A DNA stretch of 34,213 nucleotides from Octopus bimaculoides. Its lineage: Eukaryota. Every line of letters starts with the position of its first letter. Within the stretch, counting starts at the first letter, position 1. A program made the translations under genes and the position numbers. The stretch covers positions 152,512,770 through 152,546,982 of the forward strand of contig NC_068983.1 of the NCBI RefSeq assembly GCF_001194135.2, given 5' to 3'. Below the pieces are notes generated by a model that was given only the letters and a program-made list of their open reading frames with translations, was not told the origin of the DNA and searched no databases. Of the stretch, positions 1 through 11,802 are shown piece by piece.

Positions 1-169
1 ATATATATACATATATATATAATGCAGATTCTGAACATCACTTTTGAAATTTCAGGTTAGTCGCTTTCGAAGGCAACTCAGTCGAAACTAGAGTTACTGT
101 GAACTATTTCCTCTCCGAATTCAAATAAATCGCACATATATCATCCGAATTTGTAAATAATAATTACTA

Positions 170-392
170 ATATTGATTTCAAATGTTGGCACAATGCCAG
201 CGGTTTTAGGAGAGGGGCAAAGCGATTATATTGACCCTAGTGCTCATAGGGTTGTTATATACGATAATCGATCCCGAAAGGACGAAAGGGAAAGTTCACC
301 TCGCTGGAATTTGAATACAGTCCATAAAGACGGATGCACGGCCGCTAAACATTTTTCCCGACGTTCTAACGATTCTACCAGCCTCTCACCTT
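170..392 (-). mobile_element. tRNA-derived SINE, family A, near full length
   Basis: Reverse complement reads ggtgagaggctggtagaatcgttagaacg (A-box-like) ... gtattcaaattcc (B-box-like) ... ctttcgtcctttcgggatcgat ... gctggcattgtgccaacatttgaaatcaata. It is colinear with the plus-strand copy at 3581-3800. Confidence 0.85.
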
Positions 393-574
393 AATTACTA
401 TTGTTATGTATATCATTTAGAGCATATAAGAAAAGCCGAAAGTAGCATTCCATCTTGCTCTGCATCAATTCATACAATCTGTTCTATCTTTAAGTTTATT
501 TTTTCCTTACTAATTCTATATCATCCCGTTTATTAGAAATAGAGTGTATATGTTTATATATTCTGTTTTGTGTT

Positions 575-1300
575 TAATAATTTGTATTTTCTTTTGAGGA
601 AGGAGCCGGTTTGTAAGGAAAAAAAATTATCCAGCATTAGAATATAGGTAAGAAAAACAATGTTGGATCTGAATTTGACAAAATCTTGCATATTTTTACT
701 TTCCTGCTTACAGAGTACAATTTTAAATTTACAAAGAACCTATTATCGGGCTGATTTCTTTTTCTGATAAGCCTACCCTTTCTTTATTTTTGTTCTTTAT
801 TTATTTTTCTAACAAAACTAAGTGCACCAATTACTATTGGTATAAAGGTGAATTTGTAATCTGGGTATAACAGCTGAATATTTCGTTGCATTTGCCTATA
901 GTTTTCTTTTTTCTCTTTGAATAAAAAAAATAATACTGAAATAATTAAGGCAGCTGACATTCCAAACAATTATATTCAGCCAATGATGTTTGCACTTGTT
1001 ATATATGTACACATGCGAACATTTTTATGTATGTATGCAATAATGGAGGAGTTGTCTGTATTTATCCATGGACACTCGTTATCTGACAGCATTGTATATT
1101 GTTTTTGCAACAAAATTATGTCGCATCGGGATGTAGCACCTCGACGACATTTTTGGGCAGTTGACGATGACACGTGGGATGCCTTCTGGGTGAATGCGAT
1201 AGTCAAAATATTTGGTTTCATCTTGGGCCACAAGGGCTTTACTGTTTTGTTTTGCAACTGGATTGCTTCCGTTTAATTTTATTAGCACCTGCATTGCAGA
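575..1300 (-). mobile_element. Degraded 3' end of a REL-class non-LTR retrotransposon (CCHC knuckle, REL nuclease and C-terminus)
   Basis: Frameshifted minus-strand peptides: RVIVNCPKMSSRCYIPMRHNFVAKTIYN (end of zinc knuckle), RNIQLLYPDYKFTFIPIVIGALSFV (PIVIGALG motif), then GLSEK-EISPII and SVSRKVKICKIL resembling the typical C-terminus. An AT-rich 3' UTR follows. Confidence 0.75.
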
Positions 1301-2299
1301 TTTATCCTAAGAAGTCTTTTGAAAGTAACAGCAGTTGTGTATAGGAAGACATTATTTGTCCAGCTATTAATAAAACATGATTCCATCTACTCTCCAGCAC
1401 AAACTTCGATAACTTTTAACATGAGAGCATTTGGCTTTTTATCTAATCTCTTTAAGGATGGCCTGTTGCTTAACGGAAACTTAGAAAATCCGTAAACATT
1501 GTAGCATGTGTGGTTTCATAATTTTCATAAATTAAATATATTCAACAGCCTTCTTTGTTGAATCGGTTACATGTGGTGATACACATGATGTTAGTTATGG
1601 TAGCTTCGGATTGTTTGCGTTATTCTCGATTACTCTAATAACAGAGTGCTCTAATAACGGTTCTCATTGATTTGAAGAAATTGATTAGCATCATCAGAGA
1701 TGAAATAACGATTACTATCGTGATCGCTTTTTATTGCCGAAGCAAGAACATATTTTTCTTCAACCATTTTGTTGCCATACTCTTCTGCTTAGGAAATTGC
1801 TTACTTCATGCGATTCAGTTCGCCTAATGCAATTACTTCTTTTGTCCTTGTCAACTCAACAGTACAAAACTGCAACAAAATATACTTTGCATCAATTATT
1901 TTCCTCTTCCCTAAGATACATTTATTTTTTTCATATCATTGATACTGACCCACACCTCAGAGTAAATTGTAAAAAATAAAATAATTGTCTTTCCGATTAA
2001 GATTGTTGCTATCATTAAAACATTAGCCATAATTTCTTTATTGAGATAACAAGAGACCAGCAGAAAACTGATCTGTTTCACTGGTTATGCCCTTCGTAAG
2101 ATTTATCGCTAACACAAAAAAGTATATACCATCGTGTTTCCAGACCTAATCCTAGGAATGTTCTAGTTATATCATTAAATTTATCACTTCATACAAATTA
2201 TAAAATCAATACACGAAATAAATCTGATTAAAACAGATTAATGTTTAAAACTTAAATTGCATGTTTTCTTTCATAACAGGCAGTGTCTCTCTTAGACAA

Positions 2300-2860
2300 C
2301 ATTATCCAATATACATCTCTTTTTTGAAAGTGCAACGATATGGAGACCTGGTTGCTATCTTTAGAAGTTTGAGTGATCACGTAGAGGTTTCAGTGCTCAG
2401 TCGTAAGTTATTTTGTCTAGCATACACTCATATAGCCTGTTGTTGGTTTGCGTTTGCGTATGATAATATTTACATTGAATGTTTTTCTTTTACATTTCTT
2501 ATATCTTGTCACAAAGTGATTTGAATGTGCCACGGATCCATAGTTCTAGCGGTCAGAAAATATCAAATCAGGATTTTGCTGTTTCCATCAACACTGCTCT
2601 ATACAACTTGTATTGGTAAATTTTCTGAAATACCTTGTTGACGTCTACATATATAACTTCAACATTTTATCACTTTTCAAAGATGCTAGACTTTATGGAA
2701 TAGCACAGCCATCATATCAGGCAGTTTGTAACCAGCCTGAAGGCTTGTTGATTGTATAAAAGGAATCGGAAAATTATTTATCTTTGTCCTTGATATTCTT
2801 TCAAAGATATTACAATAATATGTGAGTTCAGAGAAAATTGACCTGACAAGTTAAGTATAT
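2300..2860 (-). mobile_element. Degraded CR1-like LINE reverse transcriptase fragment
   Basis: Minus strand shows remnants of RT motifs in the expected order: SL.SHII..FERI (NYRPISLTSH), QAF-RAG (QHGFR), NVEVIYVDVNKVFQKI (DVIYLDF.KAFDKV), SYANA (YADD) and ARQNNLRLSTE. Confidence 0.7.
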
Positions 2861-3180
2861 TTTTGTCTGTCATTTCATATAAATAATATTTATTGGTTCA
2901 GTTTCTTGAAGATGATGCACCAAGTACTACTGTTACTAAAAGAGAGAGTTGAAAAATATTCATGCTGTTATTTCAAACCAGTCCTACATCTCAATGAAAC
3001 AGTAAACAATTCAATGCTCTCTTTTCAACAGAGAACTTGAACTACATATAGTATCTCTGTAGAAACAAAGCGGCAAATCTCTGAGGTACTATTTCAGGAT
3101 TTCTTACCTTAAACATATCAAATGTGTTTACTAGTTTATATAGGCATTAAATCTAAATCCATATGGCTTATTTTACCTAT

Positions 3181-3209
3181 TGTGTGTGTGTATATATGTA
3201 TGTATGTGT

Positions 3210-3241
<32 letters not shown>

Positions 3242-3248
3242 TTGTGTG
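3181..3248. repeat. (TG)n/(TA)n compound microsatellite
   Basis: Directly visible. Confidence 0.95.
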
Positions 3249-3580
3249 GCTCAAAATGAGCATTCATTATGCTAGTCTCAGTTATTTCATTATATGGAGG
3301 AACAAATAGTGTGATTGATAGTTTCATTGATCCAGAGATATCATATCTCTTCTTAAATGAAGAAATATGGTAACATATATACACATATAGACAATATATA
3401 GACACATAAACTTATTTGTTCGTTTATACTGCTCTTTACAAGAAGCCAGACCATTTCAGTGTTAGGCTGGCTGCGTGGTGGATTCGGTCTTACGGCAAAT
3501 GTTTTCCACATTTATTGTTTGTGTTTAGCAGCACAAATCAGCATGAAGCGAATATTCTTATCAATGTAAGTAAGTTAATA

Positions 3581-3800
3581 AAGGCAGCAAGCTGAAAGAA
3601 TCGTTACCACACCGGGCTAAATGCCTACTGGCATTTCGTCCGTCTTTACGTCATGAGTTCAAATTCTGCAGAGGGCGAATTTGCTTTTGGTTCTCTCTGG
3701 GTCGTTAAAATAAGTACCAGACAAACAATGGGTTTGACGTAATCGATTTAGCCCCTCCCTGATCTTGCTGGCCTTGTGTCTAAACTTGAAAGCAATATTA
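3581..3800 (+). mobile_element. tRNA-derived SINE, family A, near full length
   Basis: aaggcagcaagctgaaagaatcgttacc head, B-box gagttcaaattc at 3655-3666, gtcgttaaaataagtaccag body and gctggccttgtgtctaaacttgaaagcaatatta tail. Homologous to 170-392. Confidence 0.88.
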
Positions 3801-4418
3801 GTATGCGAGCGCGTCTATTTATTCCTCTGTAACCGTGTTTGGGTAATGTTTGGAGAATAGTTTTCTAGTAGCTTTCTGAGTTGTTATAAATGTGTGTCTG
3901 TATGATTGATTATGCCTCTTGTGACAGAGACTTATTACAGTTAAAGTTTCTACACCAGCATATTGTATTTTTTGATTTTCTAGAAAGTAGTTCTATACGT
4001 ACGATCTATACCTGTAAATGTATTTGTATATATGCATAGTAAGATGTTGTCTGGTTTTTAAAGTTTGTCACAGATAATTCTGGAGAGTATGACAACACAA
4101 GCAAAACTAATAATTTACGTTTCGTACTGAAGTATAATTACTTTTTTTGCTTCGTGAAATGTTAGTATCTGAGTGCTCATTGTATACTTTGTGCTTGTTT
4201 TTGTTTTGCCTTTTTTTAAAGGTTTTGCTTATTTACTGTGTTATAAGTTGTTCCTAAACTGTTTTTTTCCCAATGTAATGTTTTGCTTATATTGTTTAAT
4301 GTAATATTTGATTATATATGTTTGCTTTTAGTATTCATAGAAAGAATGCAAATAGTATGCAATTGTTAGACTATTTCGTTAACACCTCATTAGAGGATGG
4401 TTGATATAGTGTTCAGAT

Positions 4419-4421
4419 AGC

Positions 4422-4460
<39 letters not shown>
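4419..4460. repeat. (TA)n microsatellite
   Basis: Directly visible. Confidence 0.95.
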
Positions 4461-4462
<2 letters not shown>

Positions 4463-4719
4463 CTCAAGCGGAGCATCAAAGGTATTCTAGCTATCTCCAT
4501 ATCATCTTTCTAGTTGTATATTAAAATACTTAACGGATGTGTTTTTACAATACTTATGATAAAATGGTACGATCTGTGCCTGCTTTAACTGTGATATTTT
4601 CCATGGTATCCAAGCTATATGCAAGGTTTGCCATTAGCTCATTTTCTGCACATTCCATCTTCAACATTCCCTATTTGAAGTAGAATATGGTCCCTTTATA
4701 ATCCTCTTATCACTGTTAC

Positions 4720-5230
4720 ATTCTTGTGGTTATGCAGCTGGAAATCTCGGAAATTAGATTGGTTTGCACTACTGGGAAGCAATACATGATGATAACAAGA
4801 CAATGTATTAACTATGGCGAGGGAGCTTGCAACTTGACTTCCTAGAAATGGCAGCCCACACTTGACAGTGTGTCGCTCAAGAATTCCAGATGGATAGACC
4901 AAGAACGAAGTTATCAGAGTGATCTGTGTAACCTTGATATGGAATGACAAAACGCTATCTGTAAAAAGTCAGGGCCCTGGAGCAAACATTACGTTGTCTT
5001 CGTAATATGTTACCATCAAGTCACCATGTCATGTTTCAAACTGCAGCCAAACTAGATTCGAGAGTGTGCCCTTCTATTTGTTGTGGAAGAAACTAGTTTC
5101 AATGATCAGAAACTTCACTTATTAACAAAACTCTCTGTGCCGACGACACTTGAGTAGGCACGCACAGAAGATGCAACATTTCTGCAGAAGTTCTGAGAAG
5201 TTGAGGTTACTTTTCATCAGGCACAGATTT
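4720..5230 (+). mobile_element. Possible highly degraded LINE RT remnant (RTE-like)
   Basis: LCADDT at about 5133-5150, followed in another frame by HAQKMQHFCRSSEKLRL, resembles the RT segment L(F/Y)ADD...H....MQ. The upstream match is weak. Confidence 0.35.
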
Positions 5231-5239
5231 ATCCGTAGC

Positions 5240-5471
5240 CTCCCTCTCTCGCTCTCTCTCTCTCTCTCTCTCGCTCTCTCCCTCTCTCGCTCTCTCTCTC
5301 TCTCTCTCGCTCTCTCTATCTCGCTCTCTCTCTCGCTCTCTCTCTCGCTCTCTCTCTCTCTCTCGCTCTTTCATTCTATCTTTTATATCTCTCTCACTAT
5401 TTCTCTCTTTCTCATTCTCTCTCTTTCTATTTCTGTCATTATTTCTCTCTCTCTCTTATTTCCTCTCTCTC
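5240..5471. repeat. (CT)n microsatellite with CG interruptions, running into an assembly gap
   Basis: Directly visible polypyrimidine tract. Confidence 0.95.
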
Positions 5472-6146
5472 NNNNNNNNNNNNNNNNNNNNNNNNNNNNN
5501 NNNNNNNNNNNNNNNNNNNNNNNNNNNNNNNNNNNNNNNNNNNNNNNNNNNNNNNNNNNNNNNNNNNNNNNNNNNNNNNNNNNNNNNNNNNNNNNNNNNN
5601 NNNNNNNNNNNNNNNNNNNNNNNNNNNNNNNNNNNNNNNNNNNNNNNNNNNNNNNNNNNNNNNNNNNNNNNNNNNNNNNNNNNNNNNNNNNNNNNNNNNN
5701 NNNNNNNNNNNNNNNNNNNNNNNNNNNNNNNNNNNNNNNNNNNNNNNNNNNNNNNNNNNNNNNNNNNNNNNNNNNNNNNNNNNNNNNNNNNNNNNNNNNN
5801 NNNNNNNNNNNNNNNNNNNNNNNNNNNNNNNNNNNNNNNNNNNNNNNNNNNNNNNNNNNNNNNNNNNNNNNNNNNNNNNNNNNNNNNNNNNNNNNNNNNN
5901 NNNNNNNNNNNNNNNNNNNNNNNNNNNNNNNNNNNNNNNNNNNNNNNNNNNNNNNNNNNNNNNNNNNNNNNNNNNNNNNNNNNNNNNNNNNNNNNNNNNN
6001 NNNNNNNNNNNNNNNNNNNNNNNNNNNNNNNNNNNNNNNNNNNNNNNNNNNNNNNNNNNNNNNNNNNNNNNNNNNNNNNNNNNNNNNNNNNNNNNNNNNN
6101 NNNNNNNNNNNNNNNNNNNNNNNNNNNNNNNNNNNNNNNNNNNNNN
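5472..6146. other. Assembly gap (N run)
   Basis: Ns. Confidence 1.
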
Positions 6147-6260
6147 GAGGTTAACTCTGAGTTTCAAACTTTTAGGATCAAGAAAATATCGATCACTAAA
6201 GCCGATGTAATCGACTTTCACCCCCTCCCTAAAATCGTTGGCTCTTACCAAATTTTGAAA
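6147..6260 (+). mobile_element. 3' half of a family A SINE (5' part lost in the gap)
   Basis: gccgatgtaatcgactttcacccctccctaaaatcgttggctcttaccaaattttgaaacca matches the tail of 3581-3800. Confidence 0.75.
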
Positions 6261-6390
6261 CCATCATCAGCATCATCACCATCACTACCACCATCATTAT
6301 CATAGTTACAATCACCACCATCATCATCACCGTAGTCAACCTCCTCTTCCACCTCCTCCTCCTCCTCATCATCATCACCATCGTCATCGT

Positions 6391-6430
<40 letters not shown>

Positions 6431-6475
6431 TTCCTTATCAACCCTGTCGTCGTCGTCATCATCATCATCACCATT
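6261..6475. repeat. Compound (CAT)n/(CAC)n/(CCT)n triplet repeat
   Basis: Directly visible. It explains the poly-D/E and poly-M ORFs in the ORF track. Confidence 0.95.
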
Positions 6476-7403
6476 TTCTCTTCTTAACGGTAGACGCATT
6501 TTGCACTTCGAAAGACATGAAATATAGTAGATTTGTGGTTGTCATATATTTCAGTTTCTTGATAATCTATTTCACGGAACACGAGTACATTCATTCTAAG
6601 AGTATTATTGTCTGAACATCACGTATGAAATCTTTGTCTGGCAATTGTTCGATGTGGTGCCTTTTAGCACGTTTCAATAAAATAACCTATATACATAACC
6701 ACTGTGACACTTCTTACGTCAATGTTCACATCTTCAATATTTCTATACCAAAAACTTAATAACTGGACATTTTTCAATGTCAAACAAGCCACAAAAATAA
6801 CATAATGGATATACTGCTTTTACAAAAGTAATCTGGCTATTCATTCCTACCTTCTTATCACCATGTTTTTTTAGTGCGTTACACAATTGTCTTTCACTGT
6901 ATCCATTTATCTTTGGTTTGCATGCGCTTTTCTGTATTTGTACCTTTTCGTACTAAATGAACACTGTACTTTTATTTTGATTCTGTAGGGATAGGCAGAC
7001 AGTTAATCATGCTTACTGGTTAATTTCGAAGTAACCAATGTATTGCAGCCAGCAAGCATTTGACCGACAGTGTTACGGAATTTATCATTTTTGGTAATAT
7101 TCAGGTTTGATACATTGTTTCCATCCATATTTCTGATAGGATTTTATTCAGAAGCACCTTTCTAGTCATTATTATTAATGTTAATCATTAAATTTTAGAC
7201 TTTAGAACCTGATGTAACTTTGTTGCTTGTCAGAATTGAGTTTATCCTGTTGTTTGGAAATTGTCGGTGGAGAATTTTTAATTACAATGTTTTATTTACA
7301 ATACTTATTTATTCTCTAAAGAAATGTATTTTTCTCAACAATCAGTATACAGTTTTCTACATTGACTAAGTTGTTTCACCATAACTAACAAGTGAGACTG
7401 TGC

Positions 7404-7444
7404 TGCACTGATGAAATCACAACGTGACCAAAACACGTACTGCG
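7404..7444 (+). ncRNA. Decayed minimal type I hammerhead-ribozyme-like motif
   Basis: tgca-CTGATGA-a-atcac aac gtgacc-AAAA(GAAA)-cacgtac-tgcg. Stem I (tgca/tgcg) and the stem II centre (tcac/gtga) pair, and the stem III loop ACGT is palindromic. Confidence 0.5.
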
Positions 7445-8094
7445 ATTCCTACCGCACGTAACATATATTTAAGATATCAGTAACCAATAAATTATAATTA
7501 ATTTCCTTACCACAGTTATTTCTAGTTAGATTTTTCATGCTCTATGCATTAAATATGCTAACACTAATTTAACTTACTTTTTTCATGTGAATGGCGTATA
7601 TGAATCATTTATTTTCTTTTAATTACAATGCTGAGCTGATTTTCCCGTTTCTTTGATGTTTCACTTTTTTAATCATTTTACTTTTATCTTATACTTTATC
7701 GTGTGTGTATGTATGTTTTATGCTAAGTGTATATTTTGTATAGTGTATATGTAGTTAATATATTTATTTCTTCTGGATATTTCCATTTTGCCAAATGAAT
7801 ACTGCTTATGTTGAATGTTGTAGTTGCTCGTTGTTTAGTACTGCGTTATACCCGAGCTAGTGCATTTATGATCAAGTGTGATCCACCAGTGACCAGTCCA
7901 TAGTTTTAGGCGCAATGAACTGCGTTGTCAAACGAAATAACGATCTTGTAAGTACATGTTCAACGCTATCGCTATCGCTTTAGGCAACTACGAATTTTCG
8001 AGCATACATACACACTCTCAAACCTAGACCCAACAAAATATTGAAGATGTAACAGCTGGAGAGAAAGAGAGAAATGGTTATGTTAGTTCGTGGC

Positions 8095-8235
8095 TCATTG
8101 TACTTATTTTCAGCAGTGTGAAGGGCAACACAAAATGAGTTGACTTGATCAAAGACAGAACACATCGCAGTGAGCAGGAATCGAACCCTGATAATCGTCA
8201 GTTCAACACCCTTAATCACCAAACCATAGCCTTGT
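8095..8235 (-). mobile_element. tRNA-derived SINE, family C
   Basis: Reverse complement: tggtttggtgattaagg (A box) ... ggttcgattcc (B box) ... tgtgttctgtctttgatcaagtcaactcattt ... gctgaaaataagtac. Confidence 0.75.
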
Positions 8236-8267
8236 TGAAGATAATCAAGTATGACGTAAGATGCTAG

Positions 8268-8297
8268 TTTTATTTATTTATTTATTTATTTATTTAT
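8268..8297. repeat. (TTTA)n microsatellite
   Basis: Directly visible. Confidence 0.9.
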
Positions 8298-10049
8298 ATG
8301 CTAGCATTTTATTTTCGGTATTAGAGAGCTGATCAGTCTGCCTCTATTGAAGGTTGGACTACTAGATTTCTCATCCCTGGATTCTATATACATATCACTG
8401 TTACTAAGAGAAGCACACACAACATTTTTCAAAAGCATCCCCAATTGTTACAGTGAGCGGCAAATTGTTTAATTGTCTCCATAATAAGAAAGCTAAAGTT
8501 TTTAACCGCTCCAGACTTGCAGTCACGTCATGTAAAATTTAGAGCTGCGAAAAAGAATATGAACTTTGAGAACGAATCTTGCTGGAATAATCCTTTCTAT
8601 TTATTTCATATAGTTTTTGTCCTCTATTTATTGAAGCTAGATTTCATGTACCTATGAAGAATTTGGAATAGTGATTTAATGCACTAACCCTTTTGGTTTA
8701 TTCAGCCTTGCCTTTTTTTGTTGCAATTCCTCAAAACTTGGAATATTGTTTACTTTCTTAATAGTTTAAACCCATTTTTTCCATACAGCATTTAATTTAT
8801 TCATAATCCATTTTTATATGTTTTATATGCTGTAATATCTCACGTGGTAGAAATGATGTCATTGTCTTATTTTCAAGGCCACAAGCTCTCTTCACTTTTG
8901 GTAGGAAGATTGTTTGGACTTGTCTCAGTCAGCTAGATTTATAAGCTAAGGATATTATTTTATTGAAGGAGTAAGACTCATATAAGTGTATAACATAGTA
9001 ATGTTTTATCCAGTAATATTGGATTGTATCTATTCCATATTCTTACCTTAACTTCTATTATATCTGCTGTAGTATTAACCGCTCATTCTTGTGACAATAC
9101 GTGGATAAATCATTCTTGTTGTTCACTCTATGGTTTGGTTATTTGTTTTCTTTTTAACTTCCTATATTATTATCCAAAATATTTTTATTTCTTTGTCTGA
9201 AGATTCCGTACCTTAATGGGTTTTCTGTTTAATTTCCTCTGAAAGTTTTGTTTACCATCTCAGATGATTTTCTTTTCTTAGAGAGTTCGACATCATCAGC
9301 CTGAGTTACTATAAAAACCTATGTCTCACTTTATTTCATTTATAATTATCATATCTATTTTTTTTCTTTTCTGTGTCCTTATTTCTAATTCTAATTAACT
9401 TGTATGATAAGGACGCTAGCATTTATGTTAAAGATAACCAGCTTTTTGTGTCATGTATTCAGTTTACATGAAAATTATCTCTTCAAATGCTTGTTTAATT
9501 TCACTTATCACGTTTTCTATGCGTCTGTATTCATCTGTTTGTATAGCACTAGACTTTTTTTTACTACTCTTATTTTACAGTGCTATAGCAGTTATATTGT
9601 ATTGAAGCGTTCGTTGATTCTATTGTAGTTACATTACAATGTGCTGTACACCATATTTTTGTTTTATTCTGTTCTTAGGTAAATCGTGGTGTTATTTGTA
9701 TTTTTTGAATAAAAGTCATTAAATGTTTTCCCATACAGTTTCTTATTAAAAATATTCTTATCTTACGTAATATTATGGTATTTTCATTTATGGATGAAAT
9801 TCGAAATTGAAATTTCACCAAGTTTGGTCAGTCGATGCTGTGAAGTTACAAAAATCTAAAATGAAATACGTCAAGAATTTTCGTGCCCCGAGTTTCTAAT
9901 TTCATGCTTTTGTGATCTTTAAATACTCTGATGTTAACCGCTTGTGTGAGACACAAATTGATAACATTTTTACTATTGCTTTGCCTCAGCAGAATAACGT
10001 ACATTTCCATGACATTGCTTCCCCTCACACTTGGTAGACCTCTGGCTTG

Positions 10050-10410
10050 TTATTACTCTGTTTATTTTTCAGTTCAACAGAGGTGATGAATACCCTTGCG
10101 TCATCTCTGTTATGGACATAGGTCTCACACTAGCACCAACGAACAAGGGATACTGGAGAATGTTTCAATGTTTCTGAAAAAATGTGATCGTTACATATGG
10201 TTACAGCTTGACCATTATTCTCAAGGTCATCTTCCCAAAACAGTTAATTTTCTTTACAACCAGCATGGAAATTTCTCATCTGCATGTTCGGACACCATTA
10301 AACCCAACACGGCTATCCAGCTGAACAGGGAGGACCAATGGAAACACTTCAATGCGTATTGCTCTAAAGGCAAGGCTTCATTGAGTGTTACACCTCAAAA
10401 GCAAGTATTA
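10050..10410 (+). mobile_element. Degraded 3' end of a CR1/L2-like LINE
   Basis: DHYSQGHLPKTVN resembles the ..HY..SF.PRT..WN C-terminal motif. It is followed by a 3' UTR-like segment (ggctatccagctgaacagggaggaccaatggaaacacttcaatgcg) that I recall from octopus repeats. Confidence 0.45.
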
Positions 10411-11094
10411 AGAATTCTTTTAAACATTATTTGTTGCTACTTAATTGATTCTAAGTGACGTTCATTTACACGCACCCTAGATCGTTAGTGGCATTGTAAG
10501 ACACTAGTATAGAATAGTATACTTCGAGACTGTGCGATAGTTGAAAATAATTATCGTAGTTCTTTGGGATAGATTATTCCGTATGTGATTGAATCAATGC
10601 ATGGTGGTTAGATTATATCTAAAAAGGTTTGTAGGTTAGCACATAAAATGTGAACGCTACCAAAAATTTCTTATAGTCACCAATTGAGTACGGAAATAGG
10701 AAATTGTAAAATACCATAGCAGAAACAGTGGAAACGGAGAAACCTGACACATTAGATGCTTTTAGAAAAGGGACCATTGTCAGCAACACGATAGTTGCAG
10801 GATCGCCGTTTCTTCGGAGCCTAATAGCCAGCATTTCTCTTATATAGAGCGAAACACAAATCATGAATGCTTTTGCCTGGTGCGCAGTGACGAGTTACAA
10901 CAGCAGAGCTGTCACACGTCCTCTGTTTTTATATCAATATTTCATTTATCATTGGGTAAAAGTAATGAGATCATTGCAAGGGCCTTAATCATTGGGAATT
11001 TTGTCTCTCATCCAGCTTTCAGTGTATTTGTCTCAAGTTAAAAAATAATTAATATGAGTTTACAAATCACTGAGAGTAACAGGCAAAATGCACT

Positions 11095-11260
11095 GCGGCG
11101 TTGTGATGCATCTTTTTATATCTTCTAAGTTTACTTTTATTTTCCGTTAAGACTTTGCTATTCATTCCTTCAGGGATCGATAAAATACACACGAATCAAG
11201 TATTTGAGGTTTATCTAATTGACTACAATGCTATCCTAAATTTTTGTTCAATTGATTGCT
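11095..11260 (+). mobile_element. Degenerate family A SINE
   Basis: gactttgctattcattccttcagggatcgataaaatac matches the family A body. Confidence 0.6.
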
Positions 11261-11375
11261 GTTCTACCTCCAATGTGTGTTCATGTGTAAATGTTAAAAA
11301 AACCCAATATCACTACTATGATTATAATTATTTTCTGAATGAATAGCGTGCTTGTGTGCATGAGGTGGGGGCGGA

Positions 11376-11560
11376 TATTAAGCTGAAGGAATGGTTACAA
11401 CTATTTTCAAAATTTTACTTACGTCCCTTTTACACACTGACTTCAAATCATGATGATTGACTTTACTTTCATCTTTATTTAGGGGTCGATAAAATAAGTA
11501 CTTACTCTGTACAGAGTCGATGAGATCGATTACACTCTGAATGTCAAATTGAGAAATCAT
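11376..11560 (+). mobile_element. Degenerate family A SINE
   Basis: aagctgaaggaatggttac head, gacttcaaatc B-box-like, then gactttactttcatctttatttaggggtcgataaaataagtac. Confidence 0.7.
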
Positions 11561-11802
11561 CATGATTACTTTGTCTATATATTAAACGTCGTCAAACCAT
11601 CATCATCATCATCATCATCGGCAGTATTAACAATGTTGGCGTTATTGCTAGCGATTTTCCCTTCTTTGTGTTTGCGCAGTGTGTTTTTGTTGTTGATTTG
11701 TGTTTATATTTTGGCGTCTTTTGTTCCTTGACACTTCAATATTTTCACTTTGGTTTCATGATAAATTGGTTCTAATCTACGACAGTTGAATATTAGTCGC
11801 GT

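Larger units (their letters stand above)
6560..9320 (-). mobile_element. Old, fragmented R4/Dong-like REL LINE (RT, zinc knuckle, REL nuclease) with nested insertions
   Basis: Minus-strand motifs in the correct order: FQRKLNRK...KIFW (about 9170-9250); YWIKH...SFNKII...LRQVQTIFLPK (about 8890-9020); KGLFQQDSFS (RGIFQGDS, about 8570-8600); a YMDD-like segment then IKQFA (about 8460-8490); SDMYIESRDEK...FNRGRL; LHRQFP (about 7260-7275); NTVGQMLAGCNTL...KHD (knuckle, about 7010-7080); a frameshifted NRPD; and EILKM*TL...VTVVMYIG (about 6690-6750). Confidence 0.68.

Noticed and set aside
62-92. Hammerhead-like hairpin followed by GAAA and CTAG
   Set aside because: The core differs at three of seven positions and neither stem I nor a cleavage site can be built.
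2280-2615. Two exon-like segments with AG/GT sites and lengths divisible by 3 (2280-2402 and 2517-2615)
   Set aside because: Their open phases are incompatible (1-1 versus 2-2), the peptides are unrecognisable, and the opposite strand is explained by a CR1 RT remnant.
5150-6251. Long ORFs spanning N runs (also 14716-15217, 31521-32642 and 32904-33598)
   Set aside because: Artefacts of gaps and dinucleotide repeats.
6229-6499. Acidic poly-D/E ORF, and the poly-I/L/M/YI/CV/RE ORFs elsewhere in the track
   Set aside because: Direct translations of microsatellites, with no domain content or splice support.
6490-6800. Possible piggyBac cysteine-rich C-terminus on the minus strand
   Set aside because: Cys spacing is not convincing, and the segment is better explained as the REL end of the R4-like element.
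10620-10900. Possible Tc1 N-terminal remnant (RP...QDRRF)
   Set aside because: Only a few residues match, and I found no terminal inverted repeat or DDE motif.
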